From: Cyanophora paradoxa CCMP329
Taxonomy: Eukaryota > Plantae > Glaucophyta
DNA length: 64,000 nucleotides
Direction: 5' to 3'
Assembly (NCBI GenBank): GCA_004431415.1
Contig: QPMI01000517.1
Span: 136,676 to 200,675 of the forward strand
Both the position numbers and the translations under genes were made by a program. Below are positions 31,661 through 44,542 of this stretch, piece after piece. The first letter of the stretch is position 1, and every line of letters begins with the position of its first letter. A model generated the notes under the pieces. It saw nothing but the letters and a program-made list of their open reading frames with translations, had not been told where the DNA came from and made no database searches.

Positions 31661-31854
31661 AAAGCTCGGCCGCCGGACTTAAGGAAAGGCCAAGCGCCGC
31701 AGAGGGAAGTATTAGTTGGAGAGTACTAGTCGGTCTGTCATTGAGTCTGTCATTCGTCTATTAGATAAGATCCTATTGTTCTTCTATATATGGTGCAATT
31801 CCATTTACGTATACAGAGCGTGGAAAGTCCCCTGCGGCTGGCTACGTATAGATC

Positions 31855-32295
31855 GAGAAAATTGAGGCCAAGGCCTCCTCGAGGGGCTTGGGCGGCGCCG
31901 CCGGCGCCGGCGCCTGCGACTCGCCCTCGGCCTTGGGCTTCTTTGGCTGATCATGATTCTATTATCAATATTCTTCTATTAGAACACATTGTTCTAAAAG
32001 ATCGAGGCCTCCTCGAGGGGCTTCTTCGCGGCGGGGGCCGCCTCCCCAGCCCCGGGACCCGCCCCGGCGCCCTTGCCCTTGCCCTTGCCCTTGCCGACGG
32101 CCGGCGCTCCCGGCCCGGAAGCGAGCTATAGCTAGGCCCGTGCCGGGCGCAGCGCTCCGTATCCGGCGCCGGCAGCCGCGGCCGGAGGCTTTAAGGTGAA
32201 TTTGGCTTTGGGAGAAACTATCAAAGCAACATATATACGGGCGGGAGTGGAGTCGGAGCCGCCGCCGCCGAGGAGGAGGAGCCCTGGACCGGCGC
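31855..32295 (-). pseudogene. Separate duplicate of the photolyase 3' terminal exons
   Basis: Matches 44543-44930 ([15 protein letters not shown], stop 31994). The tail segment is present twice. Confidence 0.7.
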
Positions 32296-32656
32296 CCTAG
32301 CCCGGCAGAGTTAACGTTCTAGATCTGTAAGGGTGGGGGTACGCGGAGGGTGATCGAGCCCGGGGCTGTCTTGGGCCCCGCCCGGATCGGATCGGGTCTC
32401 GTTCTTTTCGCACATGCACAGTTGCTTTATTAATATATAGATTAATTATATTGACGTCATTCGCGAGAGTGAAGACAAGAGTATAGGGCGAAAGCGAAAG
32501 GGATCCGGATTTCCCGGAAAGGTGCGAAATCCAGTTCACGGGGTTTTATCACAGGGGGCGTTCTAGATCGAAATCCGGGAGAATTCGAACTCGGACGCTA
32601 CAGCTACAGCTGGCCCGGCCCGTGGCCCCCAGGCTCGGTCGCCGCACACGGTCGCC

Positions 32657-33384
32657 TCATAATAAGAGGCGGGGCGCAAGGGCTGCCGCGAGGGCGGCGG
32701 CGAGGAGGCCGGCGATCGCCGATGCCGCGAGGCCCGCCGGCGCCGCGCCGCTGACGTACGGCCTGCGTGCAGACGGAAGGCCGCTGTCAGTAGGGGAGGG
32801 GGTGGTTGGGGGGAGATCTAGATCTGCCCTCAGGCGCCGCATTTGATTGGGCCAGAAGGCTGCCCGCGGCCGGCGGGGGCGGGGGCGGGGCGAGGCGCCG
32901 GCGAGGGGGACGGACACGGCGGGGGCGGCGGGGACCCGGAGGCCCAGGCGAAGGCGCGGACGAGGGTGAAGGCTTCGAAGGCGCCGCCCGGGCTGCGGAC
33001 CTCGATGTCGTACCCCTGGCCCGCCGCGAAGGCCCCGGCGGCCGCCTGCGCATGCGGGGGGAAGCAGTGAGCTCGAGTTCGAGTCTGCGGCCCCGGCCCG
33101 CCGCGGGCCGGGAGCTCGAGCTCGGGCGCACGAGGAGGGAGCGCTCGCGGGCGGTTGCCGATCCCGACAGGGAGCACTCGGTGATGCGGGGACGGCTGCT
33201 CATGTCAGAGGGGCAGGGGGCCGGGGTGCCGGGTGCCGGGGCGGGCCGGGCGGGCGGGGCGGGGCGGGGCGCACAGATGGTGAGCAGGGTGGAGCTCACG
33301 AAGCGCGGGTTGCCGGCGGGCACCGCGAGGTCCCCGAGACGATGTCGACCTGCGCCCCCGGACCAGCCCGGCCCGCGATTGGCA

Positions 33385-33423
<39 letters not shown>

Positions 33424-34993
33424 CGGGCGGGGCGGGGCGGGGCGGGGCGGGCGGGAGGGGGGGGGGGGGGCGGGGGGGATGGAGAGAGGGGAGGCGAGGG
33501 GGCGGGAGGGGCGGGGCGCACGGTCACGCCCTGGCCGGTGGGGAAGCCCGAGCCGGGGATTCGCAGCTCACCCCCCGCCTGCGCCCGCCCGCGCCGTGCG
33601 CTAATTATAAGCGACCGGCGCGGGGCCGACGATCGAATGGCGCGAGGCTCGCGGACCGGGGGGGCCGTGAAGACGGGTGTGCTGAAGACGGGGCGGCCGC
33701 TTGCGTCGTATGTGATGCTGGTCGACGTCCCGAGTCGAGGCTAAGCTTAATGGAGGACACGATGCTTGCCGCGATCTGCGGGGAGAGGAGGGCAGGGAAG
33801 GGCTCGGCGCCGCGTGCTCTGGCATGGCAGCGGGGCGGGGCGGGGCGGGGGCGGGGGCGGGCCTCTGGCGCACGGGGCTGGGGGCCGGGCGTCGGGCTTG
33901 GGCCCGCGGCCGCGGGCGGCGAGGGCGTCGCTCCAGATCCGGACCGGGGCGCGCTCGTGGGGCTCGGGGAGGGCGAGGGGCCCGCCGGGGCCCCGCTCGA
34001 CGGGCTCGGGCTCGGGCTCGGGCTCGGCGAGCTCGTGGGGGACGGGCTCGGGCTCGGGCTGGCGCTGGGGCTCGGGCTTGGGCTTGGGCTTGGGCTCGGG
34101 CTCGGGCTCGGCGTGGGGTAGACGCAGACCCCAGAGGCGTTGGCGGCGGGGGCGTCGCAGGTGCAACGGGCGAAGGCCGCGCCGTTGGCGCAAGCGGAGT
34201 AAACGCAGTTGCCGGAGACGTTGGCGGCGGGGGCGTCGCAGCTGCAGCTCGCGACCGCGAATGCCGCGCCGTTCGCGCAGTCGGGGAACGTGCACACCTG
34301 CGCGGAAAATCTTAAATCAGAAGCTCATGAAGCGCGATCGCGGATCGAACGCGCGCGAGGTCGCGATCGACATCGGATATCGATGGGGCGCGGCCCGGCG
34401 CGCGCATGCGCATGCGCACGTTGTTGACGTCCGTGCCGGGTGCGTTGCAGGAGCACGCCGCATTGACGCCCACCATGATCGTTTGGTTGTGCACGCACGG
34501 GGAGGTGCCGGGGAAGTTGGACGCGACCGCGCGGGCGGAGACGCGGGCGGCCGTGCGGGCCCTCGCCCATCGGAAGTTCCGGATCCCGGCGCCGGCGGCT
34601 GCCGCAATATAAAATCACAATCGATATCAGATCGCTTTCAATCTTGCAAAGTTGGCGCGAGAAAGGGAGCGGATGTGTACCTTTCGAGGAAGGGTTGATT
34701 GCAATTGCCCCGGGGCGGCCGCGGGCGAAATCTAAAGCGGCGGCCGCGGGGGAGACCCCCCCCGCGCGCCCGCGGCCGGCGCCATCGGCCGGCGCGGCGC
34801 GCTTGTCGAACAGGGCGAAGAAGTCAGCAGTGGCACTATGGCCGCTGGCAGCGGCGGGCGCGGGCGCCGTCGACGTCGACGTCCCGCAGGCCGCGGCCTC
34901 AAGCTGCAGACACCCGACGGCCGCGGCCGCGAGAAGGAGGACCAGCGCAGCGGGAGCGACGCGTGCTCTGGATCTAGAGCTGGATCCCGCCAT
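32657..34993 (-). CDS. Multi-exon secreted or surface protein with Cys-rich repeats, a (Ser-Pro)n tract and a hydrophobic C-terminus
   Basis: Signal-like AALVLLLAAAAVG; CSCxAP..N.C repeats; SPSPSP tract at ~33960-34115; C-terminal AIAGLLAAALAAALAPRLLL*. Exon structure only partly resolved. Confidence 0.62.
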
Positions 34994-35957
34994 GATCGAA
35001 GGTTCACCAGCTGCAGGCTGCAGCGTGTAGGCGCAAGCGGCCGTACGGTATACAGCCGTGAGCTGTCGATCCGGGCGGTCCGGAATCCGGATTATGGACC
35101 GGATACTCCGCCGGCCGCCGTATCGATATCTTAAGCGTGCTAGCGCGCTTTAATTTTCGCCTTCGACTCAGGCTTCGAGGCAATGGCAGCCGCAATGCGG
35201 CGCGCGCGCAAGGCGACCGTCGGTCCGGCCGCTCCCGGAGTCCGGCGCCGGCGTCGGACGGCTGTCCGAGCTCGAGGAGCTCGAGGCTCCGCCGCTCCGC
35301 CGGCACCAGCTGCACAGTGTACCCGTGCTGCCGGGGCCGTGCAGGACGGTGCAGCGCCGTGACGCGGCCGTCACGCCGCCGTGCCGCAGTGCTACCTAGT
35401 ACTAGGCTAGCGCTGCCGTTTCGAATTCATTCTTGCGTACTGCGGAGTCTGCGGCATGCATTATGCATACTAGTATACAGCGCAAAGCTCTGCAACAATT
35501 GAATTTCGAATTTCCGAAATCATGAATTTCGATGAATTTCGATCCAAGAAAGCAATACTCTCGGAAAATCGATTTGTCACTTGCGCATGCATCTTACAAA
35601 AACAAATGCACTTAGGCATCATGGCATGCCTTCAGCGTAGCTGCCGCGTAAAGAACGTAGCAATGTTTTTAGCAGCGACAGATAATAGGGATATCTGGTA
35701 TCGATAGATAGGAACATCGATCGATATCGTGCGCGACTTGCTAATTGCGGCGAGGTCGAATTCATCGGATCAGATCTAGATCGATATCAAGATCTAGATC
35801 TATAGCTAGTCTAATATTTGCCAAGTTGCGAGCTGCAGCGTGCGCAATTGCAAGCTCCACACTAGCATACCACACTTCGCTCCGCTCTATCGCTTCATGT
35901 ACACTGAGTCACGATCGCATTACTGAAGTTATAGCACTAGTCATGACCACAGAGTAC

Positions 35958-36011
35958 TTCCCCCCTTGCACCCCCGGCCGCGATTTTCGCGCCGGGGGTG
36001 CAAGGGGGGAA
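35958..36011. other. Near-perfect 54-nt hairpin
   Basis: 21-bp perfect stem ttccccccttgcacccccggc / gccgggggtgcaaggggggaa, then a 1-nt bulge, 4 more bp and a TTT loop. Confidence 0.9.
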
Positions 36012-37025
36012 CCGGCGGCGGGATCTAATGAAAGAGTCCTAGTGGCACGCACATGCGCAGAGTCCTCCCCTCGGGGTCGCGCTGCTCGGCTGCGGGCAGC
36101 GGCGCACGCGGTACTGCGGTATAAGCTCGATTTCGGCGGCGTGCTGAGCGCAGCAAGAAAGCACGGTCTGGACGACCGGGCGTGCTCGGCTGCGATCAGC
36201 GGCGCAGCTAGGCAGCGGCGCAAGCGGTTTTGCGGTGCAAGCTCAAGCTCGAGTGCCGGGCAGCGTGCTCGGCTGCGGGCAGCGGCGCGTGCTCGGTAGG
36301 CGGTGCAAGCTTATGCAGTGAGAAGTAGTCCAGGTGGCACGGGTACCGTGCGGCGTACGCGGCGCAGTGCGAGGAAGCGGAAATCTGCCATACAAGTCCA
36401 GCCGAAATTAAAGCGGAGCACAGCGAGTGACTGGCGCGAGACCGGGCAGGTAGGAAGTGCAGTTTAGATCAGCCGAGATGAAAAACATTTTTGGTCTCCC
36501 GCCAGAAGCTCGCCGCGCGAAAGTTGGCCTCGGAGGTCGCTGCGCCCCGGCCCCCTCTCCAGCCCTCGACAGCGCAAGGCAGCTCAAGGCCCGCCCAGGC
36601 CCCCCCGCTCCCCCCAACTGCCCTTCCCGGGACTCGAACGCTGGGGCAATAAGACGCCGGCGCACTGCTAGCTCGGCTAGCTCGCCGCGAAACTGGCCTT
36701 TTCGTCGTCGCCTTTGTATGGCCATACATCTAGGAAATTTTTGTACCGCGTCCGCGAGAGACTGAGCATTGGATATGCATTAAGATGCGTACTAGCTCGT
36801 GTTAAGCGCTTCGGTCTCTCGCCAATCGCTCCCCCTAGTTTAATCGGGCCGTACCGAACAGATAGAGGAGACAGCTAGGGAGAAGTGGTTCCATGCAGAA
36901 CCGCGCAAGGAAGAGCCCGGAGTGAGAGAGAAGTTGGTTTTCCCCTCGAAAACCACTTTTCGCGAGTTCGAGAGAGCTCTCGCGAGCCCGAGTCAGGCGA
37001 AGCCTCTTTCAGGCGAAGCCTCTTT

Positions 37026-40000
37026 CTCAAACCCAAAAACCGCCGATATAAATTCCTTTTTTAACCTTTTTTTCCACTCAAGATCCCCCCTGCTAAATAA
37101 TTTCCGCGTCGCACTCCCTCGAGGACGAATTATTAATTCTGCCTCGACACGGACGCGATTGCCGCTAATGACTCAGCTACCCTAACCCCCACAGACCTCT
37201 CTAGATCCATTTTTAGCGTCGTGGCTCCCCTAAGACGACCGCTCGCCCGTGGGCGTCGCGCGAAAATCGAATTTCCCTCTGGATCAATTCCGGTACTTAA
37301 CCTCCGACAAATGCAGTCCGAGTCAGAAGGTGGGACCCGGTCCCGCCCGGTCCCGCGACGAAATCGCGCCAGGGACGCCCCAGAACGATACAGAATGCCG
37401 CGCGAGGCGAGCGCATCGCCGCAAGCTCGATTTCAAGCGCCGTCGACGCTCCAGTGCGAAGAGTCGGCCGAAAATTTGATCCAGCGCTAGCCGGTCCCGC
37501 CCGGTCCCGCGACGCGCGCAATCGATGCGTACTGGCGCGCATGGACATAGCAGGGCCTGCGCACCCCCGAAATCCGCTTTTCGGAGCCGGAACAGCGCAG
37601 GAAGGTACCCGACGGCCAAAATTCGATCCTGCACGCGCCCTGACATCTTTCCGCGCGCCCACGCCGCGGCGCATGCGCGGAACGATAGCATAAGCATTTA
37701 AGATGTAGGCAAAGTCTTCCGCACGCTTTGCGTATGCGACGGGCCGCGAGGACCCAGCCGACCCCGAAAATTCGATCCTGCATGGACCTGCACATCTTTC
37801 CGCGCGCCCTCGCCTCGAGCTCCGCAGCCCCGCACATCGATGCTATAGCTATATGCATTCAAGATTCTGTTTAAGCGATTCGCAAGCTCTGTGCATGCGC
37901 CTGGCCGCGAGAACCTTGCCCTCCCGGGCCTCCCTCTCAACAATATTATATATAATTCATCTCCTCTAATCTCAACCTGCTCCGGCCTCCCTTTATTTCC
38001 TCAGTACATTAATATTCCTCTAGTTATATTCCTCTAGCCGGCCAGCGGTAGCTGGACTGGCCGTCAGCCGGCCAGCTTCCAACCAGAAAGCTGTTCGCGA
38101 TCGGCCAGGCCGCTGGCCAGTGCGAAATTCCTTTTTTAACCTTTTTTTCTACTCGAGATCCCCCCTGCTAAATAATTTCCGTGTCACACTCCCTCGAAGC
38201 AGAATTATTAATTCTGCCTCGACACGGACGCGATTGATGGACATTACACAGCTGCCCGAACCGCCACAGACCCCTCTAGATCCATTTTTAGCGTCCTAGC
38301 TCCCCTAAGACGACCGCTCGCCCGTGGGCGTCGCACGACATCGAATTTCCCTCTGGATCAATTCCGGTACTTAACCTCCGACAAATGCAGTCCGAGTCAG
38401 AAGGTGGGACCCGGTCCCGCCCGGTCCCGCGACGAAATCGCGCCAGGGACGCCCCAGAACGATACAGAATGACGCGCGAGGGCGAGCGCATCGCCGCAAA
38501 CTCGGTTTCGGGCGCCCTCGACGCTCCAGTGCAAACAGTCGGCCGAAATTTTGATCCGGCCGGTTCCGGCCGGTCCCGCGACGCGCGCAATCGATGCGCA
38601 CTAGCGCGCATAGGCATAGCAGGGCCTGCGCACCCCCGAAATCCGGTTTTCGGAGGCCGAACAGTGCAGGAAGGTACCGGACATCAAAAATTCGATCTTG
38701 CACAGGCCCGGACATCTTTCCGTGCGCCCACGCCGCGGCGCATGCGCGGAACAATAGCATAAGCATTTGAGATGTAGACAAAGCATTCCGCACAGTTTAC
38801 GGATGTGCCGGGCCGCGAGGACCCAGCCGACCCCGAAAATTCGATCCTAGACGGACCTGCACGTCTTTCCGCGCGCCCTCGCATCCTCACGCAAGCACAT
38901 CGCTACTATATTCATTTGGGATTTTATCAAAGCCTTCCACAAGCTTCGAAGACGCGAAAGAGCACGAGAACCCAGCCGGCGGCAAAAATTCGATCCTGCA
39001 CGGGCCCGGACATCTTTCCGCGTGCCCACGCCGCGGCGCATGCGCGGAACAATAGCATAAGCATTTGAGATGTAGAAGAAGCTTTCCGCACGCTTTACAG
39101 ATGCGCCGGGCCGCGGGGACCCACCCGACCCCAAAAATTCGATCCTGGACAGACCTGCACATCTTTCCGCGCGCCCTCGCATCCTCACGCACGGGCATCG
39201 CTACAATATTCATCAGAGATGTTTTAAAAGCCTTTCGCAAGCTCTGCGGACGCAACAGGGCGCGGCAATCCAGCCGACGCAAAAATTCGATCCTGGCCAC
39301 GCCTGCACATCTTTCCGCGCGCCCTCGCCTCCGCAGGCCTACACATCGATGCTATATGCATTCGAGATTCTGTTTAAGCGATTCGCGAGATCTGCAGCTG
39401 TGCATGCGCCTGCACGTCAGACGATCATGCAACGAGCCGGCGACGACGACGACATGCGCTTCCAGACAAACGCGGGGCACGTACGGGAGCGCGGGAATGC
39501 GAAATGCGCGCGACCAGTAACTGCCGCTCTCCCCGGCCACAGTATTTAAATCCGACTGCGAACATAATAGCATCGAACAATATATTTCCGTCTCCTCTCG
39601 GCCCCGCACAGACTTTCTCACACACAAACCTAGCGTGCATAAAAATAACTGACGCACTTCTCCTCTTGCATATAACAATTCCCTTGCATTCATTGTCTCC
39701 TCTCCCCTATAAACAGTATACCCGACAATTGCGAAACAGATCGGCGAAGCACGTGCGCAGCGCTCCGGCGCGTCCTGAAGCGAAGCCCTCCAGCTAATTG
39801 CCGCGGAAATCTCCATTTGCACTCTAAACAAAAAAACAACCGCGTGCGCGCAGATATGCCTCCACCCGTCCCGTTCGTTCAAGACCCCTACGCGTTCAGC
39901 GTGACTGCTGCCTTCGGTGTCCACGAGTTTATGAATTTCGAGCAGTGGGACGAAATCGCAAAGAAAGCGCGCGCCGTCGAGGAGGAAACAGGCATGCCGA

Positions 40001-43000
40001 TCCCGGACGTCCAAGCGTGTGCGCGCATGCATATATGCACGCGCTTCTCCGCCCATTTTATCCGACACCGACGCGTTGGCGCAGCGATCGCCGGCGCAAT
40101 TACCGGTTGCAGATCGCTGGAGAACGACATCTACGGTATCGCCGTCGTGCAGCGCATCCTCGAGAAGGTCAACAACGAAATTTGCGAACGCTTGTGCGAC
40201 ATTCGATCCCGCAACGCTCGACCTCGACAACATGATCGTGCCCGCGCCCTGACATTCCGGCAGCGTGAGACGCATGATGAAAATCCCGCGCCCCGTCGCT
40301 GCGCAAATGGCAGAGAATTTCGCCTCGTCGCTCACGCCGGATCAGCTCGTCGACATGGTCGACAAGTGCCTGCAGGTCATCGACCCAATCATATCCGGAG
40401 CCGCACCTGCGAGCTAAACTGCAGCACAGACCGCTGGAAAGGTGATAGCGCTCAAAAACGTCTACATCCTCGGGCATACCGTCGGCCTCGAAAATGTCCC
40501 GCCCGTCTACGAAGCGGGACCGGGCACGCGCATCGCGATCGGCCCGTTCATCAGGACGAGAGAGCGCTCCGAAATCTTGGAGAGGTATCGCCCCGCGACG
40601 CGGCGCTGTACTGCATTAAATATTCGCCGTATGCGTGTCCCCGATTTAATCCGCGTTCAGGTTCAGCCCCGACGCCGCCCCGCAGGTCGGCACGGCAGAC
40701 GCACCCGGCCGTTAATATGCGCGCCGGTACGTCGAACAGATTTCCAAGACGTACTTATTGCTTTATAATGCTCTGTATATACGCAGCTTCGTGGTGCTGG
40801 GCCCCGTCAATCCGACGATTACGTTCCCGACGATCTAGATCTCTAACAAGGTCTCGCATGTCTTGCAAATAAATATGTCTACCCTAATCAAATTCGTCTC
40901 AAACTCGCATACCATGCAAATAAATATAGCACGAGCCAGCACCGCCGTCCCCGACGTCCGGTAGCATGGCCGCCAAGCTCGCCGGCACCCCGTCGTTGCG
41001 CCGCGGCCGGTGTCTGGCATCGCTACAATATTCATTTGAGATTTTATGGAAGCCTTTCACAAGCTTCGAAGACGCAAAAGACCACGAGAACCCAGCCGAC
41101 CGCAAAAATTCGATCCTGCACAGACCTGCACGTCATTCCGCGCGCCCTCGCCTCCGCAGCCCCGCACATCGATGCTATATGCATTCGAGATTCTGTTTAA
41201 GCGATTCGCAAGCTCTGTGCATGCGCCTGGCCGCGAGAACCTCGCCCCTCCCGGGCCTCGATCCCTCCCAACAATATTATATAAATAATCTCCTCTCAAT
41301 CTAGATCTGCTCCACCCTTTAATTGTTTCCTCAGTACATTAATATTCCTCTAGCCGACCAGCGCTAGCTGGACTGGCCGTCACCCAGCCAGCTTCTAGCC
41401 TTCTGTAACAGCCGCGAGGGCGTCCGCGAGGCTTCGCCGTACTTAGTGCTCCGCAGGAGCACGGATCTTGTCTCAAACCCAAAAACCGCCGACCGAAATT
41501 CCTTTTTTAACCTTTTTTTCCACTCGAGATCCCCCCTGCTAAATAATTTCCGTGGCACACTCCCTCGAGGCAGAATTATTAATTCTGCCTCGACACGGAC
41601 GCGATTGATGGACATTACAGAGCTGCCCGAACCGCCACAGACCCCTCTAGATCCATTTTTAGCGTCCTGGCTCCCCTAAGACGACCGCTCGCCCGTGGGC
41701 GTCGCGCGACATCGAATTTCCCTCTGGATCAATTCCGGTACTTAACCTCCGACAAATGCAGTCCGAGTCAGAAGGTGGGACCCGGTCCCGCCCGGTCCCC
41801 CGACGAAATCGCGCGAGTCAGAAGGTGGGACCCGGTCCCGCCCGGTCCCCCGACGAAATCGCGCTAGGGACGCCCCAGAACGATACAGAATGACGGGCGA
41901 GGGCGAGCGCATCGCCGCAAGCTCGATTTCGGGCGCCCTCGACGCTGCAGTCCGAACAGTACGCCGAAATTTGATCCTCCCGGTTCCGGCCGGTCCCGCG
42001 ACGCGCGCAATCGATGCGTACTGGCGCGTATAGACATAGCACGGCCTGCGCACCCCCGAAATCCGCTTTTCGGAGCCGGAACAGCGCAGGAAGGTACCCG
42101 ACGGCAAAAATTCGATCCCACACGGGCCCGGACATCTTTCCGCGCGCCCACGCCGCGGCGCACGCGCGGAACGATAGCATAAGCATTTAAGATGTAGAAG
42201 AAGACTTCCGCACGGTCTCTAAATGCACCAGGCCGCGAGGACCCAGCCGACCCCGAAAATTCGATCCTGGACGGACCTGAACATCTTTCCGCGCGCCCTC
42301 GCATTCTCGCGCATGCGCATCGCTACAATATTCATTTGAGATTTTATCAAAGCCTTCCACAAGCTTCGAAGACGCGAAAGAGCGCGATCGCGAGAACCCA
42401 GCGGACGGCAAAAATTCGATCCTGCACGGACCCGGACATCTTTCCGCGCGCCCACGCCGCGGCGCATGCGCGGAACAATCGCATATGCATTTGAGATGTA
42501 GAAGAAGACTTCCGCACGGTCTCTAAATGCGCCGGGCCGCGAGGACCCAGCCGACCCCGAAAATTCGATCCTGGACAGATCTGCGCATCTTTCCGCGCGC
42601 CCTCGCATCGTCACGCGAGCGCATCGCTACAATATGCATTCGAGATCGTTTTAAAGCTTTCCGCGAGCTCTGCGGGCGCGACAGCGCACGACAACCCAGC
42701 CGACGCAAAAAATTCGATCCTGGCCACGCCTGCACATCTTTCCGCGCGCGCTCGCCTCCGCAGCCCCGCACATCGATGCTATATGCATTCGAGATTCTGT
42801 TTAAGCGATTCGCAAGCTCTGTGCATGCGCCTGGCCGCGAGAACCTCGCCCCTCCCGGGCCTCCTTCCCAACAATATTATAAAAATAAACTCCTCAAAAT
42901 TCGATCCTGGACGGACCTGCACAGCTTTCCGCGCGCCCTCGCATCCTCACACGAGCGCATCGCTACAATATTCAGATGAGATTAAAGCTTTTCGCAAGCT

Positions 43001-43508
43001 CTGCGGGCGCGACAAGGAACGAGAACCCAGCCAACGCAAAAAATCGATCCTGAACGGGCCTGCACAGCTTTCCGCGCGCCCTCGCCTCCGCAGCCCTGCA
43101 CATTGATACTATATGCATTCGACGTTCTGTTTAAGCGATTCGCAAGCTCTGCGCATGCGCCTGGCTGCGAGAACCTCGCCCCTCCCGGGCCTCCCCCCCA
43201 ACAATATATTAATAATACTAAATTAATCCGGTTCGACTCCTCCCCTAGCGTTACCGGTTCAACTCCTCCCCTAGTTAATTATATATTCCCTCTCCTCATT
43301 ACATTGCTCCCTGGCCAGCGAGCTCTCCATCGAGCTGGCTATAGCGGGCCAGCCCATTGCCGCAGTACCACGGTGCCAAGCCGGCGAAACCCGGCCATGC
43401 AGCTGGGCGCGCGCCGGCGGGGCTGCACCTGGCCGCCTACTGTGACAGCCGCGCGGGCGTCCGCGAGGCTTCGCCGTACTTAGTGCTCCGCAGGAGCACG
43501 GATCTTGT
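37026..43508. repeat. Higher-order tandem repeat array: three large units built from ~149-bp subunits
   Basis: Head module at ~37026, ~38125, ~41473. Core aaaattcgatcctg..catctttccgcgcgccc at ~37618, 37768, 38688, 38836, 38985, 39133, 39281, 41104, 42107, 42256, 42411, 42560, 42708, 42896, 43040. Confidence 0.9.
39856..40418 (+). pseudogene. Frameshifted gene-like segment of unknown function inside the array insert
   Basis: Protein-like blocks MPPPVPFVQDP..WDEIAKKARAVEEE, LENDIYGIAVVQRILEK and MMKIPRP..VDKCLQVIDP* span several frames. Confidence 0.4.
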
Positions 43509-44542
43509 TTGACGCTCGAAAGTCGAGGGCTGACCGGTTCACCGAGCCAATCAGAACGCGAATAACCATCATTTTTGTTGCATACTGGACCTCGCAAACG
43601 GCCTCATAGAAAAATTTTGGCTGAAGCGAGGGAACGGGAAGCAAGCTGGGAGAAGCCCTTCGGTCTTCGTCCCCCCTTGCAACTTCCGCTTCTTGATCAC
43701 GTGCACCTTATAACACTTCCGCTTCTTTATTCATAATTAGTCGCATAATTATATAAGTGGGGGGTTGCGGTGGAGGGAGGGGGGGGGGGGGGGGGGGCTT
43801 GCCCCCCTGCTTGTACCCCTGCTGCTTGCGTGGTCGATCGTCCGACGGTCGGGCGGGGCCGATCGCGCCTGCAGCCTGTGCAGGTACCGCCAGGTCGATC
43901 TGCGCCGCGGGCACGTACTCGAGATCTAGCCTAGTAGAGGGGCGGGAGAGGGTCCAGCCCCAGGGCCCGCGGCCGGGCTCGGTCGCGGCCCGGCGGGGAC
44001 CCGATCGCGACTCCAAATCGAGTAAAGGCTGCAGCTGATCGCGAGTGCAGGGAGCGCATGGCCAGGGGCTGATCGCTGAGCTCGAGGCTAATTATAGAAT
44101 GTCCATGTGCGCAGAGTGCGAGGTGACGCCCTCGGAAGATCTGGCGCATATGCATGGTGTATCGGTGTCGGGCTACGGTCAATTGCAAGCTCCCCTCAAG
44201 GGGGGGAGGAGGGGGAAATTAAAGGAGGGGGGGAAGAGGAGGGGGGGCGGGGCTGGGGCTGGACTTCGACCAGCCGGCCTATTTATAGGGCGCTACGACA
44301 CCGCACCGCAAGCTTTAAGGTGACGCCCTAAAGCTAGCCTCGGAACATTTAGATCTGACGCGTGGTGTTATTTTAAATTACAGCGCATGAAGATACAGTC
44401 CCCTGCAGCTACGGCCAAGGCCGCCTCAGAAGATCGAGGCCTCCTCCAGCGATTCTTCAACGAGGTTCTATTATTCGTCTAACAGATCCTCTCAGAGTCT
44501 TGTTCTTCTATTAGATTCTACGTTCGGGGCGGCCCTATAGAT

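Noticed and set aside
39352-40335. 327-aa minus-strand ORF in the array insert
   Set aside because: Mostly antisense to the more protein-like plus-strand blocks, and it runs into the satellite.
37600-43100. CRISPR-like array
   Set aside because: The intervening sequences are homologous to each other rather than unique spacers, the period is ~149 bp, there are no cas genes, and the context is eukaryotic.
43785-43826. gggggcttgccccc hairpin / hAT-like terminus
   Set aside because: No partner inverted repeat or TSD found in the window.
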